Assembly (NCBI GenBank): GCA_031409655.1
Contig: JANNXQ010000235.1
Coordinates: 1 to 64,000, forward strand
Direction of reading: 5' to 3'
DNA length: 64,000 nucleotides
From: Chthoniobacteraceae bacterium
GTDB lineage: Bacteria; Verrucomicrobiota; Verrucomicrobiia; Chthoniobacterales; Chthoniobacteraceae
Shown: positions 1-8,600 of the stretch, piece after piece
Numbering within the stretch: the stretch's first letter is position 1
How the letters are laid out: every line of letters begins with the position of its first letter
The notes under the pieces: generated by a model
Databases searched by the model: none
Told to the model about the DNA's origin: nothing
The model's input: the letters and a program-made list of their open reading frames with translations, nothing else
Program-made: the position numbers and the translations under genes

Positions 1-86
1 TCGAGAAGGGTTCGCGCCGGGGCGAAGAAGCTTTCGGCGAAGCTCGGGCCGGGGACAACGGGAGAAGAAGGAGGACGATTAGGCAT
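1..86 (-). CDS. 5' end of a gene running off the window, possibly an IS4-like transposase
   Basis: ATG at 86-84 gives MPNRPPSSPVVPGPSFAESFFAPARTLL, open to the window edge. The transposase suggestion rests only on recalled resemblance of this N-terminus; the catalytic region is not visible. Confidence 0.3.
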   Translation of the reverse strand, partial: MPNRPPSSPVVPGPSFAESFFAPARTLL

Positions 87-272
87 GAAAATTTTCGCCG
101 ATGTTTCCCCCTCCAGGTCAAGCGCTATTGCGGGCAAACCCCTCTCTTTCCTTGCTTCGCGGACATTTGATGGCCGCGCGACCCCGGCCATGATGAGCCT
201 CACCTCAGTCGCCACAGCCTCCGCACCCACCTAACCAGCCTGTCTTTTTTCCCGGAAATTTGGACACCGTTG

Positions 273-365
273 GACGCGATGCAGGGGGACAGCCTCGTGG
301 TGCAGCCGTGGTGCTTGATCCCCAATTTCGATCATCGGCTGATCGAGACGCTGCTGGCCAATTTC
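273..365 (+). pseudogene. Degenerate fragment of a Y1 (HUH) REP-associated/IS200-like tyrosine transposase
   Basis: Translates DAMQGDSLVVQPWCLIPNFDHRLIETLLANF, resembling the RAYT segment 'LVVHAWCLMPNHYHLLIETPxANL' with the HUH motif decayed to F-D-H. Confidence 0.5.
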
Positions 366-1050
366 AACGCACCACGATGCCTCGGCGCAGGAGGATCTCG
401 TGCAAGGGGGCGGGGTCGAGCGCGGCGGGTTCGGCGCCGGGGTGAATGTAGAGTTCGCTGGTGCCTTCGGGGAGATTTTCCAAAAGGCGCGCCATCGTTT
501 CCGTGGTCATGCGGCCGGTGTCGCGCAGGCCGAAGAGGTGGTCGGCGAAGCGGATGCCGTGGGCGGTGAGTTGCGGCAGGGCGGCCCTGCTGAGGCGGGC
601 GAAGATCCAAGGGAGGAGGGCGGGCGGGCCGGGTTCGCGGACGAGGCGGGTCTCGCAGAAGCCGAACTCGGCGGCGATGGGTAGGGTGAAGCGCAGGATG
701 GTGGGGTGGAGGTGGAGATGGGTGTGGCCGTCCCAGTAGGTGGGCGGGAGGCCGAGGGCACTGAAGTGGGCGAATTGGGCGCGGATTGTGGCTTTCAGGG
801 CGGGATGGGACCGGCGGTCGAAGAAATAGCGGAGACCGGCCCGCGCCGGAGCCTCGGAGCAGAGGGTGAGATGCAGGCCAACACGGAGTTGCGGGTTGCG
901 GCGGGCGATCGCGACGGCCTCAGCGACGTGCGCTTCGTGGACCATGAGACTCGCCTGAGTTACGAGCCCGGCGCGGTGCAGGTGCTCGATGGCAGCGTTC
1001 ACCGTGGGGCTTCGACCGAAATCATCGGCAGTGAGGATGAGGGATTTCAA
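364..1050 (-). CDS. hpnK: ChbG/YdjC-family deacetylase, hopanoid-associated HpnK
   Basis: LILTADDFG, VGLHLTL, DGHTHLHLHP and ELYIHPG motifs; divergent from an HpnI-like gene; TTG start. Confidence 0.8.
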   Translation of the reverse strand: MKSLILTADDFGRSPTVNAAIEHLHRAGLVTQASLMVHEAHVAEAVAIARRNPQLRVGLHLTLCSEAPARAGLRYFFDRRSHPALKATIRAQFAHFSALGLPPTYWDGHTHLHLHPTILRFTLPIAAEFGFCETRLVREPGPPALLPWIFARLSRAALPQLTAHGIRFADHLFGLRDTGRMTTETMARLLENLPEGTSELYIHPGAEPAALDPAPLHEILLRRGIVVR

Positions 1051-1108
1051 TCGACGAAGATGGGGCGTAGGAAAGGGGCGTGATATACCGAAATCCTGTG
1101 CAGGGAAA

Positions 1109-1251
1109 TGAACCGCGAAGGAGCGAAGGAGCGAAGGACGAAGGGTGGGGGGCAGAGGAGGGGGCGGAGATCAGATTTTCGCCACGAGAATGGGCTGCCT
1201 AAACCTGCCTACGGGAATGTTTGCTTCGCTCCTTCGCTTCTTGGCGGTTCA
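1109..1251. repeat. Inverted repeat with arms built from GCGAAGGA octamers
   Basis: 1109-1136 TGAACCGCGAAGGAGCGAAGGAGCGAAG matches the reverse complement of 1224-1251 with 2 mismatches. Confidence 0.85.
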
Positions 1252-1295
1252 AGTAACTCCGAATGACTCAGGGATGATCAACCAGTCAGGTGCGG

Positions 1296-2441
1296 ATGGC
1301 TGGGTTTGAGACGGTTTGTTGGGTGGGGGTGGGACTTGGTTTCATCCATGCCGGGGTCGCGTGTTGCTGTTTCGACGCTTGGGGCAGGCGCCAGGCTCCA
1401 AAGGAGGTGTCGGATGCCGATCCAGCGATCTCTTTTCTCCGACCGCTGAAGCCCGGGGTTCCGGGATTGCGGGAAAAGCTGGAGACGATGCTGCGGGCGA
1501 TGCGGGTGGGGGATGAAGTGGTCTTCGGGGTGGATGTGGATTCTGCGGAGGCGGTGCTGGGCGAAGAATTGCGCGTGGCTTTTCCGGAGCGGGAGATCGT
1601 GGTGGTGGAGTGTCGCGCGGGAGTGGCGCGGAATCCGAAAATTTCCAAGCTCGTGCAAATGGAATCGCGGGCGCGGCATGAGCACTGGCTGCTGGCGGAT
1701 GCGGAGGCGGTGCTGGACGCGGAGTTTGTCGAAGGTTTTCGCCGGGAATGGCGGGCTTCGGGCGTGGCTGCGCTCACGGCAGGCTATCGGATGGGGGGGG
1801 CGCGGACGTGGCCGCAGCGTCTGGATGCGGCGGCGGTCCTGCTGACCCTCTGGCCGGGACTGGGGGTGCTGTGGGCCTGGGGGCCGCTGCGCATCACGCT
1901 GGGCGCTTGCACGGTTCTGCGCCGAGGTGATCTCGCGGCAGTGGGTGGGTGGGTGGGGTTCGGGGACGAACTCGCCGAAGACAACCGCCTCGGGGCAGCG
2001 CTGGCGGGCGCGGGCCGGCGGATCGGCTTGAGCCGGCACGCGGTGACGCTGGACTGCGATCCGCTTGGCTGGCGCGAGTGGTGGCGGCATCAGCGGCGGG
2101 TGGCGATCACCTACCGGGCGGGGAATCCGCTCGGGTTTGCCGGATCCCTCGTGACCTACGGGGAATTTTGGAGCGTGCTCCTCATCGCGGCTGGCGGGAA
2201 AGGCGCGGGGAGCTTGGCCCTGGTGGCGTGCTGGGCGCTGCGGACGGCTCTGGCCAGGCGGATGTCTCGGCGGCTGGACTTTCCCATTCCGGCGCTGCCG
2301 GCCATTACTTTGGTGGCGACTTTCGCCGCGATCGCCTGCTGGGGGGCGAGCTGGCTGGGGCGCTCGGTGTGGTGGGGTGGGAGACGCTGGCGGATTACCT
2401 TTCGCGGGAAGATCCGGGCGACGGAGGAAAAGGCGGGCTGA
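1296..2441 (+). CDS. hpnI: GT2/GT21 ceramide-glucosyltransferase-like hopanoid glycosyltransferase HpnI
   Basis: ISFLRPLKPG, NPKISKL, LADAE, LAEDNRLG and HQRR (QxxRW-like) motifs; C-terminal TM segments. Confidence 0.75.
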   Translation: MAGFETVCWVGVGLGFIHAGVACCCFDAWGRRQAPKEVSDADPAISFLRPLKPGVPGLREKLETMLRAMRVGDEVVFGVDVDSAEAVLGEELRVAFPEREIVVVECRAGVARNPKISKLVQMESRARHEHWLLADAEAVLDAEFVEGFRREWRASGVAALTAGYRMGGARTWPQRLDAAAVLLTLWPGLGVLWAWGPLRITLGACTVLRRGDLAAVGGWVGFGDELAEDNRLGAALAGAGRRIGLSRHAVTLDCDPLGWREWWRHQRRVAITYRAGNPLGFAGSLVTYGEFWSVLLIAAGGKGAGSLALVACWALRTALARRMSRRLDFPIPALPAITLVATFAAIACWGASWLGRSVWWGGRRWRITFRGKIRATEEKAG

Positions 2442-2553
2442 AGCGGCGGATTTTGGTTGCCCGCGACGGAGTCTCCAGTGCTAATCGGGCCGCTTTCCGG
2501 CGGGAATGATTCCAGCCATTCTTGCTAGTTAGGTAAATTATTTATTAACTCCA

Positions 2554-2581
2554 TTGACGCCGCTGGTCCGCTGGCTAGTTT
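2554..2581 (+). promoter_or_regulatory. Candidate sigma70 promoter of the Calx-beta gene
   Basis: TTGACG-N16-TAGTTT, preceded by an AT-rich tract at 2535-2549 in otherwise GC-rich DNA. Confidence 0.4.
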
Positions 2582-2607
2582 CCCGCACCCTTCCTCCCGT
2601 TCCCTCT

Positions 2608-5600
2608 ATGAAGCACCTCCTGATCGAGCCGCTCGAGTCGCGCATCGCTCCGGCCACTCTGGCCATCAATTCTGTGTCGCTGACCGAGGGCGACAGCGGG
2701 GAAAAGGACTTCACCTTCCTCGTCACCCTGAGCGACCCGCCACCGAGTGGCAATGTGACGGTGAATTTCAGGACCGTGGATGGAACGGCGATCGACGGCG
2801 TCGGGGATGGCGAAAACGCGGTCGCGGACTTCACCGCGTTGACCGGCACTTTGACTTTCGCCCCAGGGACGACCACGCAGAACATCACGATCAAGGTGAA
2901 GGGGGACGTGGTCGGCGAGAACGATGAAACTTTCAGCGTCCTGCTGGAGATGCCCTCCGACGGAACGACGATCACCACGAACACGGGCACCGGCACGCTC
3001 CTAAATGATGCGAAGTTGTCCATCAACTCGCTCGCGCAATTTGAGGGTAATACTGGCCTGACCCCTTACGCCTTTACGGTCACGCTCACCGAAGGACCGC
3101 TTTCGGGCGACGTGACCGTCGAATACCTGACCCGGGATGGGGTCGCGGATGCAAATTCCAATTCGGACGCCGCGACGCTGGCCAATAACGACTACGTGCA
3201 GATCCTTCCGAGCGCCTTGCTTTTCCCGGCCGGGACGGCGACGCAGACCATCACCGCGCAGGTCGTCGGCGATACCGTGCAGGAGAAGCTCGAGAACTTC
3301 CGCGTGCTTTTGCAAAATCCGGTGGGGGCCACGGTCACGGGCACCGGCATTGGCGTCGGGGAGATCAGGAACGATCCGCTCCGCGTGAGTTCGGTGACGC
3401 AGGTGGAAGGCAATGCGGGCGTGACGAACATGGTCTTCCAGGTGGAACTGAGCGACTACGCCGGGGGATACCCCGCGCGGGTGGCCTACTCGACGCCGTC
3501 GAGCACGGCCGTGGCAGGTCAGGATTTTTCGAGCACCGCAGGCACCCTGATCTTTGCCGAAGGCGAAACCCTGAAGACCATCTCCGTGCCGATCTATGGC
3601 GACGGTGTTGCGGAGAGTAATGAGGTCTTCAACCTCCAGGCCGTGGCGACCTTTGTGGCGCCGACCGGCGGCGGCGCGGTGCTGGCTCCCTTCACGACCA
3701 CGGGGACTGGGACGATCCTCAATGATGAAGCCACCGTGGGCTTTTCCACCCTCAATCGCACCCTGGCCGAGGGTAGCGTGGGAACGATTGCGGCGACCTT
3801 TACGGTGAACTTAGTGGGCACCCATAGTGGGCCTGTCACGGTCCACTACCGGACCATCAATGGCTCGGGAGTGAGGGGTGCGGTCGGGGGCTCGGATTTT
3901 ACGGCGGTGACGGATAGCACGCTCGTTTTTCAGCCCGGCGAGTCTTCGCGGAATCTGACGATCGACTATCTCGGCGACGTCACGCCGGAACTGACGGAAG
4001 ATTTTCAGGTCGAGATTTTCCAAGTGGATGCGCCGGGGCTGGCGACCACCATCACCAGCCCGCTGGCCACGGGCGTGATTCGGAATGACGACGCCTCCGT
4101 GAGCATCGCTGCTGATGCGGCGGCTACCGAGGGCAATCTCGGGACGAAGCAGTTTGGCTTCACGGTGACGCTCAATAACCCGCTGCCGGCGGATGTGGTG
4201 CTGCAATATATTACCAAGGACGGCACCGCGAAGGATGGCGTCGGGGATGCCGTGGATGTCGTCTCGGATTATGTCCCGGTGACGGCTGGATCGGTCACCA
4301 TCCTGGCGGGCCAGACGACGGCGCGCCTCTTCGTGGCGGTCCGTGGTGATTTGACCAAGGAAGGGGATGAAACCTTCTCCGTGGAACTCGCCGATCCGCC
4401 GCTCGATACGCTGCTCGGCACGAGGCTGGCGACGGCCACGATCACGGAGGATGATCCCGGGGTGTCGATCGGGGATGTGACGATCGTCGAAGGCAACGCG
4501 GGCACAAACACGGCGCTCTTCACCATCACGCTGACCGAGGCGCCCTCCGCGACGCAGACGGTGACTGTGAACTTTGCGACCGCAGATGGGACCGCGCGCA
4601 GTGTCGAAGAGCGGCAGGATTACCTCGGGCAGACCGGGATGGTGACGTTTGCGGCCGGACAGACGGTCCAGACGGTCGCCGTGCAAATCGCCGGCGATCT
4701 CCGGTATGAGGCGGATGAGACGTTCTTTGTGAACCTCACGACGGCGACGCTGACCACCACGACTCCGGCCCCGGTCCCGACTGATCCGCCGGTGGCGACG
4801 ACGGCGCCTTACAGCATTCACGACGGGCAGGGCTTGGGCACGATCCGCGATACCGCGCTCGGCGTGCGGCTGGATCCGCGGCCGACTTTGGCGATTACGT
4901 CGGCGGGCGGCGTGGCGGAAAATGGAGCGTCGGGCGCCATTTTCACGGTTACTCTTTCCGCCGTGGCGGATGACACCGTGACGGTGAACTATGCGACCGC
5001 CGCGGGGACGGCGGTGGTGGGCGACTTTGCGGCGCAGGCGGGCATCCTGACCTTTGCGCCGGGCGAGATTTCGAAGGAGATCACGGTGGTGGTAAATGGC
5101 GACACGACGATCGAGGCGGACGAAGCCTTCCAAGTGCTGCTTTCCGCGGGCAGCATCGCGGTAGGTGGCGGTCAGACCGTGCTGCTCGCGCCGGCCAGCG
5201 CCAGCGCCACGATCCTCAATGACGATTCCAGCGTCGCCTTCTTCGGGCCGGCGCCGACTTTCACCGAAGGCGGGACCGGCACGATGGACTTCATCGTCCG
5301 GCTGACGGGCGGCAATACGGCACCTGTGGTGGTGAACTACACGACGCGCGAAGCGGGCGCTGGAGCGGGTTTTGCGCGGGCCGGCAGTGATTTTACGACG
5401 AAGGCTGGCACTCTGAACTTTGCCGTGGGTGAAACGGAAAAGACGATCTCCGTCGCGGTGCTCAATGACCTCGCGGACGAGGACAACCAGACCTTTGAAG
5501 TCGTGCTCTCGAGCGTGACCAACGCCACCGGCGCCGGCGCGGTCGCGGTCGGGACGATCGTCGATAACGACGCGGCGCCCACCGTGCAGATCGCCCCGAC

Positions 5601-8600
5601 GCTTTCGATCGTGGAAGGCGACAGCAACTCGACGGCGGGATTTGCGGTCACGCTCTCCGCGGCTTCCGACAAGGCGATCACCGTCAAATACGCCACCGCG
5701 CCCGGCACCGCGGCGAGCCCCGCGGACTTCACGGCAGTGGCTTTGACGACGCTGACCTTCGCCCCTGGAGAGATCAGCAAGGCGATCCCCGTGACGATCA
5801 TCGGCGACACCCGCGATGAGGCGAACGAAGCCTTCACCGTCACCCTTTCCGAGCCATCCGCGACGGTCACCCTCGGCAACGCGATCTCCACCGCCACGAT
5901 CGTGGACAACGATGCGACGCCGGTCCTGAGCTTTGCGGATGTCTCGGGGCTCGAGAGCGCCACGCCCCTCGACTTCACGGTGCGGCTCTCGGCCGCCTCC
6001 GGGCTGCCGGTCTCGGTGACCTACAATACGGTCAACGGCACGGCGACCGCGGGCAGCGATTTCACGACGGCCACGGGCTTGCTGACCATCGCCCCGGGCG
6101 ACTTGGAAGCGACGATCAGGGTGCCGATCACCAGCGATACCACGGACGAACTGGCGGAAAAATTCCAAGTGCGACTCAGTGCGCCGACGAATGCCTCGAT
6201 CCTCAATGTGGACGCGACGGGGACGATTCTGACCGACGACAATACCTTCAGCATCCAGAGCGTGACGGTGGCCGAAGAAGGCGCCGGAGACACCGCGCAG
6301 ACCGTGACGCTGCGGGTGAGCCGCACCGGCACCCTGGCCAGCTCCGTGCAGTATGCGACGGTCAATGGCACGGCGCTCTCGACGGGCGCGCGCCCGGATT
6401 TCACGGCGAAAAGCGGGACGCTGACCTTTGCCGCGGGCGAGGCTTTTAAGGACATCACCGTCGCGATCACCAAGGACGCGAACTACGAGTTTGACGAGAA
6501 CTTCACCGTCGCGTTGTCGAATGCCGTCGATGGCATCATCGCCGTCGGGCCGACTGGCACGGGGACGGTGACGATCGCGAATAGCGATGTGGCGCCGACG
6601 CTGAGTCTCGAGGCGAGCACGGCCACCGAGGGCGTGGGTGGTGGACAAATCTTCTTCCGGGCACTGCTCACGGCCGCCAATGAGCGGGAGGAGCCGACGG
6701 TGCAATTTGAGACGATCGATGGCACAGCGGTCTCAAGCGGCATCTTCCGCGACTTCACCGCGCTCGCTTCCGAGCTGCGTTTTGCGAATGGCAGCACCGC
6801 GCAGAACATCGTCTTAAACGTCACTCAGGACACGATCGACGAGGATGATCAGACCTTCCTGGTGCGGCTGAAGAATCCGAATCTCGTGGCCTTCACCGGG
6901 GGCGGGGCGACGACCACGGCGATCGGGACGATCGTCGATAACGATCCCGCGCCTGGCTTGAGCGTGAGCGATCTGAGCATCGGCGAAAACGAGAGTGGGC
7001 TGGCGGGAAAGGTCTTCACGGTCACGCTGAGTTCGGAGTCGGAGCGCCCGGTGACGGTGAACTGGAGCACGGTGGAAGGAACCGCGAAGGCGGGCCTGGA
7101 TTTCACGGCGAGCCCCGCGACGCTGCTCACCTTTGCTCCCGGGGAAAAGACGAAGACCGTTTTTGTGCCGGTGCTCGACGACGCGCTGGATGAAGCGGCG
7201 GAGACCTTTGAGGTGGTGCTCGCGACGCCCACAAATGCCACGCTCACGGACGCGCGCGGGCTCGGCACGATCCCGGCAAATGATGCGAATCAGCAGCCGG
7301 TCGTTTCGATCAACGATGTCTCCGTGGTCGAAGGCGACGCGCTCGGCGAAGCGCTCTTTACGGTGAGCCTTTCCCAAGCCAGCGGTCGCGCGGTGACGGT
7401 GAACTTTCAGACCGCCGACGGTACGGCGAAGGCCAGCGGCCCCTTTGCGGACTACACCGCGCGCACTGGCACGGTCACCTTTGCCGCGGGCGAGACGACC
7501 AAGACGATCGCCATCCCGATCCTCGGCGACATTTTCCGCGAAGGAGTCGCGCAGTTTGCCGAGGCGGATACGAATTACACGCTCGCGGATGAGAAGTTCA
7601 CCGTGGTGCTGAGCACGCCGACGAATGCGACGATCAACGACGGCACGGGCGAGGCCGTGATCGGCAATGGCAGCGACACGGTGATCGGCGTGGTCGTCAC
7701 CGACGTGGCCGTGGTCGAGGGCGCCTCCGGGACCAGAGACGCGACTTTCGCTTTCCAACTCTCCTCGCCGAGCGTCGGTGCGGTGACCCTGAGCGCGGCG
7801 ACGCGCAACGGCACGGCGATCGCGGGCTCGGATTTCACCGGGCTCGCGCAGGCGGTCACGTTTGCCGGGGACACGACGATCTCGGAGACCGTGGACGGGA
7901 TGACGGTCGAGAAGACGCGGCCGGGTGCGACGACGGCGACTTTCACCGTGAGGGTGGCCGGGGACAGCGTCTTCGAGTCCACGGAGAGTTTCTTCGTCGA
8001 TCTCGGGGGTATCTCGGGCAATGTGGCGATCGTGGGCGCCGCTGCAAATGGGCAATTGGCGGTGCGCGGGACGATCTACAACGACGACTTCCAAGTGCTG
8101 AACAATGGCCAGACGATCAAGTACGTGGACGTGGACGGCGACCTCGTCACGGTCTCGACGACGCGCGGGCGGATCGATGGCAGTCAGTTGACGTTTGTTG
8201 CCGCAGGGACGGTGGGCGGTCTGCAACTCCAAACAGTCAACCTCCTCGGTAACCTCAATTCTTATGCCGGAGCCTCCATCTCCATCACCGCAGACCCGCA
8301 GCCGGGCTTCAGCGGAGTGACAGATGGGCAGGTGAATGTCGGCCAGATCACCGCGGCGGTGCGGCAGGGGGATCAGTTGCAGTTTATCGGCGTCGATCTG
8401 GGGAATGTGACCGTCGAAGGGGACCTTGGCCGGATCATCGCGGGCGACTCATTTTCCAATCCGGCGCTCCGCACGCTCGACGTCATCTCGCTCGGCGCGC
8501 TGGGCACCACGACGGGCGCCAGCAGCACTCAGAGTGATGTCCTCGGGCCGATTGGGAAAGTCCACGTCCATGACACGCTCGAGGGCATCCTGCTGGTCGT

